DNA of 64,000 bases from Lama glama. Taxonomy: Eukaryota. Positions 11,201 through 23,531 of the stretch are shown piece after piece (position 1 is the first letter of the stretch; each line of letters opens with the position of its first letter). Made by a program: the position numbers and the translations under genes. Below the pieces are notes generated by a model. The model did not search any database. It saw only the letters and a program-made list of their open reading frames with translations, and was not told where the DNA came from. The stretch is from positions 19,718,001 through 19,782,000 of the forward strand of contig CM052832.1 in assembly GCA_028534125.1 (NCBI GenBank), read 5' to 3'.

Positions 11201-13659
11201 TAGTATTCAGACAATGGAAAATGATTCTAAAGTTATTGCAGATTATATTGAGGATAAAGTATTTATTCTTAATCAGTATGTTTGAGAGAAGCACAATGCT
11301 TATTTCACTTAAATACTGTTCCATGTGAAATTTTATTTTCTTGAGGGGAATAAGAAAATCATTTCACTTATTTTTTACCTTCATATTCACAGTGGAAAGC
11401 TTGATTAAGTTCTACAATACAAATAAATAAAAACTGTGTTTAATGGCATGTCAGCCTGAACAATGACATGGCAAATGTAAAATTAAGTTTTAATGCATTT
11501 TTGAAATATGAGGAAAGGACAACCATACAAAAAGTTATATTATGAGCCCAGAAAGCATTAAGCATTTTTATAAAAATATTAATAATTTACCATTAAGAAA
11601 AGGTGAAATGAAAAATCGTTGCAAATGGTTTGAAGCAAAATTCTTAAAAAATATGCTAGTGATTTCTAAGTAGACTGTCAAAAAGAGTCTTGCAGTTTTA
11701 TTTGAAAATGCATTCTAGTTGTAGAGGCAGTTTGTACGGATTTTTTTTGAAAATGAAATAATATTGGTAAAAGTAAATACCTTTATATTTGTGACAGTCA
11801 GTGACATTCGTTTTAAAAGCCTACGGGTCTACAGATTTCTTATGTCCTCTCTCTAATCTTCACCCCAAAGAGAATGAAATGTGACCACTGATGTGTTTAT
11901 TTTCCTAAATGGAACATGTAGCAGAGCAAGAAGGAGGCTTGCTACACTCAGAGGCTTCATAAACAAATAAATATGGTGTCCATTTTGTTACTTGAAATGC
12001 ATCCATGCCATGTGTTTGTGATCACTCAGAGTCCCATTTTTGCTGGGGATGGAGAGGGGGAGACCACCACATTGTGCAGGTGTTTTGCAAACCTTAGCTG
12101 TGTAAATGCTTTTGGACAGTTACTACATAAGCCCAATAATCACTTTGCAAGAGGCGTTCTAAATTATGTGCCTTCAGGGTGAAATAAATTTTATCCCCAG
12201 AATTTGATACTGCTTAAGGGAGGTCCTGTTTTCTGTGATACCAGATGGAATACCACTTTTCAAGGGTAAACTCTTGAAAAAATTTCAAAATTGCTATATT
12301 ACTTCTTTTAATCTGAATGGACAGATATATTAACTAGGTTTTTCCAGTTTTAATTTTTTTTAGAAGACTGACATTTGCTGTGGTTATGGAGCTATGTATC
12401 TTACTTTAAATACAGTGTATCATGCCTTATTGGACTCTCCAAACCCTTATATTTTTCTTGCACAAAACAATAGCTATCTGTGACAACTACTTCCATCCAG
12501 ATTGGAGTAACTGGTATCACCCAGACTTGTCTTTCTGCCATAAACAACTAGAAAAATTGAGCAAAATATATGAACCAGCTGTTGGCAGATATTGGACACC
12601 AGGCAGTTCTGTTTGAGAAGGTTGAGATGGGGCAGAGTATTGAAGGGGCGGGAGCCATGAAGAGAAAATGTGCCGGGATGCCTCACTCCACATCTGCAGA
12701 CTGAAACTTCACAAAACCATACAGAAAAGCAAGTACTAGGAAGGAATAAGTTGAAACACTCGTAAGGCTTACACAGGACTAGAACAGGCTTGCGTGCCAA
12801 CTAGCCAGAGTAGAGAGACCACACTGAATACCTTGGGCATTCAGTAGAGACATGGGGTTGAACTGTCCCTAGAGTAAAGGTTACTTTTACCTTATTCTAA
12901 CCAATCTTAAAAACTGACTGCCAAAACAAATCATGAAAACAAGCTTTACAAACTGACTGCCAAGCCAAAATCCCACACTTTTAAAAGAAAGTTCAAACAT
13001 TTAACAACATAATGTTCACAATTTCTAGTATCCAAGGAAAATTCATAGATATGCAAAGAAGCAGGAAAAAAGTGTCTGTTAACCAGGGGAAAAACTAGGC
13101 AATAGAAACAGACCTCAAAATGACAGAGATAAAGGAATTAGCATCATAATAGTTACTTTAATTAAGTATTAATACACAAAGTCAAACATAAACATTATGA
13201 AGATAGAAATTAAAAATATTAGCCACACCCAACTAGAATTTCTAGAAATGAAAAATACAATATTTAAAATGTGTAACTCATTGGGTGGTTTTAAGAGAAG
13301 GCTAGATACTAAAGAAAAAAGGAAAAATCAGTGAGTTTGAGGACAGTGTAATTAAGAATATGCAAAATGAAGTACAGGGAGAAGAAAAGGGTTAAAAAAA
13401 TAGAGCTCAGTTATGTATGGAGAAATGTAAAGGAAGTCAGAATGCAAAATGTAAAAGAAGTCAACTGGAATTGGAATTGGAATTGCAGAAGAAGAGGGTC
13501 AAATTTTTTTTTAAAATAATCATTCTAAATGTGGTATAAATTACCAAGCCACACATCTGAGGAACTCAACAAACCTAAGCAGTGTTAACACAGAGAAAAC
13601 CAAAGGCACACAACAATTAAATTGCTTAAAACCAGTAATAAGAAGAAACTATTAATAGC

Positions 13660-13809
13660 AGTCAGAGAAAAAACACACATCACATGCAAGGGAAAATATT
13701 TAAGAATGACTGTAAACCTTTTATTGAAAAATTTAGTCAGAGAAAAAACACACATCACATGCAAAGGAAAATATTTAAGAATGACTGTGAACCTTTTACT
13801 TAAAAATTT
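13660..13809 (+). repeat. 75-bp tandem duplication (2 copies)
   Basis: agtcagagaaaaaacacacatcacatgc...aaaattt at 13660 and 13735, with about 4 mismatches. Confidence 0.95.
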
Positions 13810-14149
13810 AAGCCAGAAACTAGAACAGTGACATTAGAATTCTGGAAGAAGAAAAAAAAAGAACCAATCTACAATTTTATATTTCAGTGAAAATAGTCTT
13901 TAAGAGTAAAGTTTAAATAAAAACTTCAGAAAAACAAAAGCTCAGATAATTTGTCACCAGTATATGTGCATTACAAAAAACCTCAGAGGAAAATCTTCTG
14001 GCTGAAGGAACATGATATTACATAAAAATCTGGACCTACACATAGGAATGAAATGGGTAAGGATAAGTAAATATAGAAGAACTTTTTACCTTTCTCTTTT
14101 TATTTCTTTTATTGTTATACATTTTTATTTTAAACAATTATTTTATCCC

Positions 14150-15700
14150 ATCATGACATCAAAAGCATGATGAATAAAAAATTAATCAATTATACTTTAT
14201 AAATATTTAATATCTTCTGCTCTTGATAAACACTGTTAAGAGAATAAAAAGACAAGCTATGGACTGGGAAAAATACTTTCAAATCTCATATGTGACAAAG
14301 AGTCTGGATCCAGAATATTTAAAGAATTTTCAAAACTCAATAATAAGAAAATATTCAACCTAATTTTAAAAATAGGCAGAAAACACAGAGTATACAAATA
14401 TGGCAAATAAAATGAAAAGATTTTCAATAATATTAACCATTCAGGAAATCCAAACTGAAACCATGATGAAGTACTACTCTACATGTATTAGAGTGGCTAA
14501 AATAAATAATACTGACAATACCAGGTGCTGACGCAGATAGAGAACACCTGCAACTCTCATCTATTGCTGATGGGAACTAAGAATGGTATGGTCACTGGAA
14601 AATCGTTTGACAGTTTCTTATAAGGTTAAACACACACATACCATGTGTCCCATCAATCCCACTTGGGGGTATCTGCCCTAGAGAAATCAAAATTTATGCT
14701 CACACAAAACCTTATACCCAAATGTCCATAGCCTCTATATTCATGATTGTCAAAAACTGGAAAATATTCAAATGCTGTTCAGCTAGTGAGTGGATAAACA
14801 AACTGTTGCATATCCATAAAATAAAATATTGTGAGCAGTAGAAAGGAACAAATTATTTTTACACTAAACAACTTGGATAAATTTCGAATGCATTATTTTA
14901 TGTGAGAGACGTCCATCTCAAGAGGTTATATGTGCTATTATTTAATTTATATGAGGTTCTCAAAAAGACAAAACTGTAGTGATGGGGAGCAGATCAGACG
15001 CTTCCAGGAGTTAGGGGTTGTGGACATGTGTGTATTAGTCAGGGTCCCCCAGAAAAACAGGACCAATAGGAGACATGTGTGTATACGTATGTGTATATTT
15101 TATGAGGAGTTGGCTCATGTAATTATGGAAGCTGACAAGTCCCAAGATCTGCAGGGTGACTTGACAAAACCTGGAGACCCAGGAAAGCTGGTGGTGGAGT
15201 TTCAGCCTGAAAAGTGGAGCAGAACTGAAACTCCAGGACAGCTGAGGTCTCAGTTTACGTCTGAAGGCAGGAAAAAACTGATGTACCTACTCAAAGGCCA
15301 TTAGGCAGGAGGAAATTTTCTCTAAGTGGAAGATCAGCCTTTTCTTCTGTTCAGGCCTTCAGCTGACAGGGCGAGACCCTCTCACATTAGGGAGGGTAAT
15401 CTTTACTACTGACTTAAATGTTAAACTGATCCAAAACACCTTTATAGAAACACTGAGGATAATTTTTGACCATATATCTTAGCATTCTGTGGCCCAGTCA
15501 AGTTAATACATAAAATTAACCATCACAGGATGTTCATATCTACAAATTAGAAGCATAGGAGGTTTGGGGGAAGTTTGGAGTTTTTCTGTATTCTGATTAT
15601 GGTGGTGGTTACACAAATACATGCATGTGTTAAAATACAAAGAACTATACACAAGAATTAAAGTTAATTTTACTGTATGATGACTAAAATAAAAGTAAAA
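14150..15700 (+). mobile_element. L1M 3' end (ORF2 C-terminus and 3' UTR), interrupted by MLT2
   Basis: aaaagacaagctatggactgggaaaaa...tggataaacaaactgt; resumes after the MLT2 with gattatggtggtggttacacaaat. Confidence 0.75.
15029..15527 (-). mobile_element. MLT2-type solo LTR (ERVL)
   Basis: tgtattagtcagggt start and aaaattaaccatcaca end are the reverse of the MLT2 termini. Confidence 0.85.
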
Positions 15701-16028
15701 AGCATTGACTAAAATAAAGATAACAATGTACTATGGTGTTTGTAGCTTATGTGGAGGCAAAGTGAATCACAATAAGAGCACAAAATCTGGAAAGGGGTAA
15801 ATTGAAGCATATGGTTTTTACATTATACATGAAGTGGCATAGCATTTAATGATATACTGTGAAAACTTATGGATGCTACTGTAAACTCTAGAGTGACCAG
15901 CAAAAATAAAAATAAACAAAGACCTATACTAATGTATCAAAAGAGTAGATTAAAAATACTCAGTTCAACCAAGTGAAAGCAGAAGAGGGTAGGGACGAGG
16001 AAAAAAAGAACAAATGGGACAAATTTTT

Positions 16029-16605
16029 TTTAAACAACTTTATTGTGGTATAATTTCTGTACAGTAAACTACACATATTTCAGATGTACAATTTGATGAA
16101 TTTTGATAGATGTATACACCTTTGAAACCACCACCACAATCAAGATACCTAACATTTCCATCACTCCCTGAGAGGTGCAAATTTCAAACTCCCAATTTAT
16201 CCCTTCTCACTCTCTTTACTTGCTGGTATCCATAAGTCTGTTCTCTATGTCTGTGAGGGTCTGTTTCTGTTTTGTAAATAAGTTTATTTCTGTCTTTTTT
16301 AAAGATTCCACATATAAGCAATATCATATGGTATTTTTCTTTCTCTTTCTGACTTACTTCGCTTAGAATGACTATCTCCAGATCCACCCATGTTGCTGCA
16401 AATAGAATTATTCTTTTTTATGGCTGAATAATATTCCATTGTGTATGTATGTGTGTGTGTGTGTGTATATACCACATCATCTTTATCCAGTCATCTGTCG
16501 ATAGACATTTAGGTTGTTTCCATGTCTTGGCTATTAAAAATAGTACTGCTGTAAACATTGGGGTGCATTTGTCTTTTCAAAGTATATATTTCTCCAGATA
16601 TATGG
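16029..16605 (-). mobile_element. 5'-truncated composite L1 with target-site duplication
   Basis: The direct repeat caaatgggacaaattttt at 16011 and 16606 flanks a younger L1 3' region (16175-16605) joined to an older-style L1 3' terminus (16029-16174). Confidence 0.85.
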
Positions 16606-17324
16606 CAAATGGGACAAATTTTTAAATAGTGATGTGCTACACCAAAGTACAACCATATCAATAATTACATTGAGTGTAAATGAACTAAACCTTCTAATAA
16701 AAAGGCAGAAATGGTCAGAATGGATAAAAAATAAAAAATAAAACTGTACTGCAAGCTGTCTACAAGAAATGTTCTTAAAACATGAAAACTCAAATATATT
16801 AAAAGCAAGAGGATGGAAATTTATACAATCTCCAAATACTAATCACAACAAATTGTACCCCAGGCTAACAAATTATATCCCAGGACAAAAATATTATTGA
16901 GGATAAAGAGTAAAGTATAAAAATGATAAAGAGGAAGAATTTATTAAATATTTCCTTGTTTTTACTGTACAGATTATTGTAATATGTCCCTAAAATAAGT
17001 AATACCACAACGAACATCTTTTGTACATACATTTGTACATGTAAATCTGACCACTTTCTTATAGTAAAAGGGAATTGATATTGTAAAGACTTTTAAATGT
17101 ATTTCCAATTTTTTTCCAGAAAGATTTTAAACAAATTATAACCTCATCATTAATATGTAAGCATGCTTATCTCACCAGGCCTTACTAATAATATACATTA
17201 ACATTTTTTATATCTTGTTAACTTAAAACCGAATGGTTATGTTAAGTTTTCATTAGTTAGATCAGCTGTGAAGACAATTTTTAATGTTATGTTATTTGTA
17301 GCTTTTACTTTAAATCATCTATTC

Positions 17325-17623
17325 CAGTGCTATCCTATAGAAATAAAAATAGAACTATAAATTTAATTTAAAATTTTCCAGCAGTCACATTAAAAAAAAG
17401 TATAAAGAAAGATGGAAAGTTAATTTTAGTAATTTAACCTACTTAGCCCAGTTACCATTTCAACCTTAACTGACATAAAACTTATTAATGAGAAATTAAA
17501 GCACGCTTTCATACTAAGTCTGAAATTTTCTTGTATTTGACATAATACATCTCAGTTACAACTGGTAACATTAGATGTGCTCAATAATCACACATGGGGA
17601 GGGATACCTACTGGACAGGGCAG
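17325..17623. mobile_element. MER33/MER3-like hAT-Charlie MITE
   Basis: Ends cagtgctatcc and tggacagggcag; internal agtcacattaaaaaaa and gtgctcaataatcacacatgg. Confidence 0.75.
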
Positions 17624-17765
17624 CCTTTGAAGAGTGAGCTATTCTTTTCTGAGAGTTCTTATCTCAGGTGTATTTTTGAGACAACAAAACTGATTTATAA
17701 ATGTAAAAGGAAGAACAAGAGAATAGAATCAATTTTCATTGCGTGTGAGCCTAGGAGTTCCTTAC

Positions 17766-18028
17766 CTGATCACGCCTCCATTTTTGCAAATAAGATCTGA
17801 ATAGATTCCCTTGTCAGAAGGACCAACACCCACAGGAAGATGAAGATGGAATCAGTGCCACAGGAAATTGAGTTTAAACTCAGCTATGGCACACTAAGTA
17901 AGACCCCTCGGAAACAGATAGCCCTTCATCATCTTTAATACACAGAGCAATTCAGCTCTCCCAAGTCTCTAACCCACCAGGCACTCCCAGATCATCCTGC
18001 GGAGAGCAGCCTTCTCCAACATGGTCCA
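17766..18028 (-). pseudogene. IgSF relic exon, V-set-like
   Basis: Acceptor ccctaacag, then phase-1 HVGE; AWWVRD...FRG in another frame; FHLHLPVGVGPSDKGIYS (cf. FxLxIxxVxxxDxGxYxC). Donor CAG|gtaagg. Confidence 0.45.
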
Positions 18029-19154
18029 CTGTTAGGGTAATAAGTCATCCTGGTGCAGCAATTAACTAGTCTTGTCCTAACTCTGATTAAAGAGACTTTT
18101 TAGGGAGTTCAAACTGCCACAAATCATAGATTTTAATGAAAAGAATCTGGTAATTTGGATAGGATTGTATTAATCAATATCTCGGGGTCAACCAGCTTTA
18201 TTTTTGACAATGTATAGATTTCAACACAGGTGTGAGTAGATTACCAGTATTGATTTTCAGTTTTCTTGTTGAGCACCTAGTATTATGCCTACCATATAAT
18301 ATCTGCTCAATAAATGTTGAATGAGTAAATAAATTGAAGAATTTTTAAAAATTTGCTTTTGAATATGAAAATACACTTAAACCAAATATGCCTCTAGAAG
18401 CAGTTTCAGCAAAATACCACATGATGGGGTTGCTATTCTATGAACGAGTACTTCTAAAAAGAAAATGCCCTTGCTGCATTCTAGTCAGGGTGAAATAATT
18501 TAGGGTTAGGTACAAAACATTAATTCAAAAGTTCTGAAAAAGGCCACCTTCTTTTTTTTATTTTTTGGTTAAATATTGTATAGTTGTTTTAGATCAGATG
18601 CTTTTAAAAATAATAGAGCAGTAACTCTAAAATGAGGATCAGACTTGAGTTACCCAAGGAGTTTGAAAAAAAAACAACAGATCCTTTTGGACCTTGGACC
18701 TTCTGAATCAGAAATATTTGGATCAGGAAGGAAGAGTCATATTGAAAAAAATTAGAAAACCCCCAAACCACCTCACTTAGTTCTCTTTCTCAGTTAGAAC
18801 TGAGACTCTAAACTAGAAGAATATAAAAATTATTAAATTTTTTTAACTTTTGTCTTTTATAAATGGTATATTAGAAGGAAGTGGGAGAATTGTTTGGTAA
18901 CGAAAGATACTTCCAGCCGTGTGAGAGACAAGAAAGAGAAAGGAAAAGTAGATGTGATAATTCAGAAGTCACACAATTGGGGGACCATTTAGTGTATGGG
19001 TGATTATTTCTATAATTGTCTATAGTCCTTAAGAATTCTTTGAATGCACATTACAGTCATTGACATTCATAATGATTCTACCGAGTCATTTGTTTCCAGA
19101 ATACTTTATGAAACATTTCCAAAGACCCTTATGAAAAGAAAAATCACCACTACT

Positions 19155-19195
19155 AATAAAATAAAATAAAATAAAATAAAATAAAATAAAATAAA
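19155..19195. repeat. (AAAAT)n microsatellite
   Basis: About 8 perfect units. Confidence 0.95.
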
Positions 19196-21038
19196 CTTTC
19201 AAAGAGTTCTCTCTTTTACTCCCCAAAGATGTAATTTACTGTGCAACCTCTCTATCTTCTATTGTTCAGTGGAACTTCAGGGATAAATTTAGTCTGCTTT
19301 CTACTTTGAGTATTTGTTTATACATCTCTGATTGCTAAGGGCAGGATCTATATCTTGCTTATCTTTTTCTTTTTTTGTGTTTAACACAGTTTTTTTTACC
19401 AAAAAGAGACGTTTGATTTATTTGACTTCAAAATAAGCTCAGATAGCTGGAAAATTCATTCATATCTAATTCTCGTGAAATGTCCAAGAATTGAGGCTTA
19501 TTTTATTACTTCATTATTTTTTATTAGGTGAAGTGGGAAGGGATTTGTGTGAAATGACTTCTCGAGAAGTTGTCTAGTTAGAATTCTTTCCTTTGTCTCA
19601 GTGGTATGATTCTATACCTTGATATCCCTTCCCAACCCAAAACAATAGTCTTTAGAATACATCAGATAAGTGCTTTAATTTATTAGAAGGCACAACAGTA
19701 ACATGACAGGTAGTTTACGTAACTATAGATAAATATTTCCAAAAAGTGCCAGAGTAAATGGAATTTTTTTAAAGGTGACTTTTTAAATATATTATAAGCT
19801 ATAAAAAATACATATGAGACTCTCTTAAGGAACTATATTATAATGTTCCTCAGGATTGAATGCTATATTAACCCTCCTAATTTTTGAGCAAAGTGTTTTG
19901 GGTGAAGGCTCTGCACCTAGAGAGAGAAGAGAATCTAAAATATTTATTTTTATGATGCTTCCCTACCTGTTTTGGCTCTAATAATATTAAAATTGCATGG
20001 AGAATGATAATTCAGTTTGATTTGACTTATTTTAAAAACTAGTCAGTGTGGGATTTATGCATGATTCATATTTTGCCAAAATATAATTAGCAATTGGAAA
20101 AGACAACGCACATGTGGCAGAAGGAAATCATCTCGTTGGTTTATGATTATTTTTTCCAGAAATCGTGAGTAGTACATACATACATACATTTTGGGTAAAA
20201 AGAAATTTCGATTTACAAATTTAATTCCGCCAATCTATTATGTTTGATTGAACAATATGTGATCTGGGTAAATATTTTGTCTCGTTATCTTTAATTAAAT
20301 TCTACTTTATGATAGTGAATTTGTCATGACCTTAATAAGCATAAGGCAAAAATGATAGTGGAGTTTTAATTTAGATCTTATAAAATCAACAGAGCTGAGA
20401 AGGTGCCTCCTATCATTTATTTCACTGACAACTTAATTAGAACTTGAAGAAATAGTTTCGTGCAAACTTTAACACATATATTAGCTAAGATTATGTAACA
20501 CTAAAAGGATCTGCAAATATCTTCATTTCATTTTTATTGTAAGCTAAATGTTTATTAAGTGCTAATTGGGCATCTTCTGTCAAACTGTGTTCCATCTTTT
20601 TCAGTAATCTAAACAGTACTGTTTGGCCTCCTGTTATTTGTGACTTGAAAGTGGTCTTTTAAACATTGTATTGCTTTGTTTAGAATTATTTTTCTACCAA
20701 CTGAACCCATCTATTAGAACTCCTATTCTGGTGCCTTGAGAAAGTTGAGTCAGAACTTAGACTCAGAATGCCCCTTTAATACGCATCTGTATAACATAAT
20801 ATAATATTTGTTGTATCAAATCATATTTGGTATAATATAAGCAATTAATATAATAAATATAATACTATGTGTGTATGTGTGGTATGTATGTATGTATATT
20901 ATATATACATATACATTTCAGTCGGCTCCCAGAGAGACCAAAAGTCTTCATATGTGTCTAGCTGGGAGATGGAAAGGGGGGCCATGATCGGCCATTCAAA
21001 ATAAAACAAAACAAAAAGAACAAATATTAAGACAAAGC

Positions 21039-21228
21039 CTGTGACAGTAAGAAGAGAATAACCATGGGTGCCTTCCTTAAAGAGAAAATGTTGGCTGGCA
21101 GCCCTGTGACAAGAAGCAGTTATCCACTTCCGCAGTCGGATTTGAAGGGTCTGTGACGGCTACTTCCCACCAACTAGTTTCCTGTTCCATTGCTCGTGTT
21201 TAATATCTGAGCAGGTACTGGGTGGAAA
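21039..21228 (-). pseudogene. IgSF relic exon, C-terminal half of a V-set-like domain
   Basis: WNRKLVG..SQTLQI, EVDNCF in an alternate frame, and FKEGTHGYSLLTVT ending at a phase-1 G|gc boundary. The acceptor is weak. Confidence 0.35.
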
Positions 21229-22394
21229 CTTTTTAAAGAGATTAAAATTTAAAGAAATAAGATCACAGAATTTTCAAAAAGTTAATTCAATTTCCCTAAG
21301 CATTTTTCTTTTGAATGAAGAAACCATCATTATTTAAGAAACCACATAAGTAAAACTTTGGGATAGAAGCTGAGACCCTGAGGGAAATATTAATGAGTAA
21401 ATAAACTAACAGATATTAGTTTTATCTTAGAAATATATGAGAATTTTAATGTGGATGAAGAGGGCACCAAGACAGCAGAGCATCACAGTGGTTGGCTCAA
21501 GAACTTTAATCGAAAATTTAATTGAAATTGTCTCTATTCCTGGGGAAAAAAAAAAACCCTCACTGTCTCACTAAGTATTCAAGTCTGTTATATATTCCAT
21601 TTTTTCTTTGCAATATGCATATGATGTGTAAATTTAAAAATGGAGCTTTTTTTGGTGATGCACTTATTATGAACTGAATTATTTTAGTAGAGGGAGAATT
21701 CAGAACTACAGGTAAGGCTATCATGAGTGTATCAGCCTGCAGAGAATTCATAGAAAACTTGGAAAGATATTAGGCTCCCAAAGTGCATAGAAAGTGACCT
21801 TATTTAGGTTTTAGATAGACTATACTTTATATTTCCATTGTAATAATATACTCTTACTAATATATTTAAATACTATACCCTTTATTGGCCACTTTGTATA
21901 GTATCGCTCTTAATAGTCACAATAACCTTGTAAAGTAAATATTATTTCCTTTTTCAGACATGATTGAAAAAACTTCAGACATTTCTTCAGAAATCACACA
22001 GCTACTATTAAAACCCAAATTCAAGCCTAGGTCTATCAGATTTCTAAGCTAGTCTTTCCCCTGTACCACATATATACATTTATTTGGGGCTAAAATAAAC
22101 GTGTGTTTGAATTTGTAAGTTATGCATAGTAGTAGATAATAAAAAGAAACAATGAAATGTGTGGTGTAAAGTTAAGTAGGAAAGGGAAACCTCATAGATA
22201 CATTGTTCCAGGAGGAGTCTCTGCGGTGGAGGGGCTTTTCTGACACCTAGAGAAAAGGGAACCACAAGAGGTCACAGAGGCGATGAGGTTGAGAGTCGTG
22301 TAAGGAGAACAGCAGGAGCTGAAAAGATAAAGGAAAAGACACTAAAATTCAACTTGGTAATTTTGCCAAGGATCCAGCCCTGCCTCGATCTTAC

Positions 22395-22801
22395 AGTTTA
22401 TGGTATAATTCGTCCTCTGGTCAAAGGGTTGACAAACTGGGTGATCTTCTCTTCTCAAGGGCCTTGAGTTGAATTTGTAGTAGGGGATGTGAACCATGAA
22501 ACATAGAGTTGTTTTTTTTTTTAATCTTATTCTTTTCCCCAAACTGAAAAAAGGTCTGAGGTACAGAGATCAGTCTTTATTGTAGCAGTAAAAATGCTCC
22601 TCTTTACTTTGAATTATTTGGCTGAGAGACTGCCGGCGGTGATAAATGATTGGCCTTGAGGTGAAGGGGTCTTTCAGACTCCAGACTATGGAGCCTGAGC
22701 CCATTCAAATGGATGTGCCTTCGAGGTGATACCTACAGGCCAGGGTCATGACTGCTCTCGGACCCTTTAAAAGCCTTCTAACAAGTGTTGGTTTTAATGG
22801 A
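22395..22801 (-). pseudogene. IgSF relic exon, V-set (Siglec/CD22-like pattern)
   Basis: Acceptor tttctctctcacag. One frame with two stops reads VMTLACRY...SIVWSLKD...PIIYH...NKD*SLYL...LCFMVHIPYYKF...TNYTIN, followed by a phase-1 donor T|gtaaga. Confidence 0.5.
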
Positions 22802-23531
22802 CTGTGAGAGAGAAACATACTTTGCAACTTTTCAACCCACAGTCTATTTCTGGGGTTCTACCTTAGAAGAAGAAGGACAAGATATAGAAAGAGGAGGCAA
22901 CACATGAAGTGACTGATTGCAAAATTGTTCAAAATTAATTTGAAGGGCTAGTTAAAATGTAATTGGATGAGTTGCTGGACGTGAATCAGAATCAAAAGCT
23001 CTACTTTCTCCTTTTCTCTAAAACTCCGCAGAACTTCCCCTCCAATTTGGACTCATCTTGACCACTGCAGCTCATGTAGTTGAAGATACTTTATTTTTTA
23101 TTTTTTGAAGATAATTTATTATCCCACTCCCTGAGGCAGGCTGTCTCTGGGTTGAGCAATAATATAGTCATAGAGTTACAAAATCATAATGAAGGCAATT
23201 GGGAGTTCATCCATTCATTCTTACCTAAACCATCACCAGTCTGATTATAAGTTGCTTTTAAATTTCATCAAACCTTATCAGATACTGATTTTCCTCTGCA
23301 GTAAAGCAAGTAGCTTAACCATTCTGTCACGTAGGAATATATCCAATGTGTTCATATCATTGGCTTCATACCTGCTACTCATCTGCCCATGCACTTGTTC
23401 TATGTCTCCATGACAAGGTCCTATTAGGCATGGTTTATGCCTACTAATTTCCTCTGCACAACACATAATGAAGCAATTATACAAGAACTTCTCTATAGAG
23501 TGATAATGTGGGGAAACAATTACTTGGGCAA

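Larger units (their letters stand above)
12480..16940 (+). mobile_element. Old L1 (5' region, ORF1 relic, start of ORF2 endonuclease) with nested insertions
   Basis: A-rich ORF1-like relic at ~13000-14080. Endonuclease-start-like sequence at ~16650-16770 (ISIITL.VN.LN...KRQ...WIKK...CLQE). Interrupted by another L1 3' end, an MLT2 and a minus-strand L1. Confidence 0.75.
17766..22801 (-). pseudogene. Putative decayed immunoglobulin-superfamily gene with tandem V-set-like exons
   Basis: Four minus-strand segments (22801-22395, 22318-22191, 21228-21039, 18028-17766) have splice-like boundaries and Ig V-set landmarks. They include a canonical 76-nt phase-1 GT-AG intron at 22394-22319. All carry stops or frameshifts. 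Confidence 0.5.

Noticed and set aside
10866..11324. Longest ORF (152 aa, minus strand) and its downstream in-frame continuation
   Set aside because: It lies antisense to the decayed 7TM exon and has no recognisable family; best explained as a shadow ORF.
14930..15304. 124-aa ORF
   Set aside because: Spans an L1/MLT2 junction; repeat-derived.
22678..22725. Plus-strand mini-exon MEPEPIQMDVPSR
   Set aside because: Weak donor and unrecognised peptide; the minus-strand Ig reading explains the region better.
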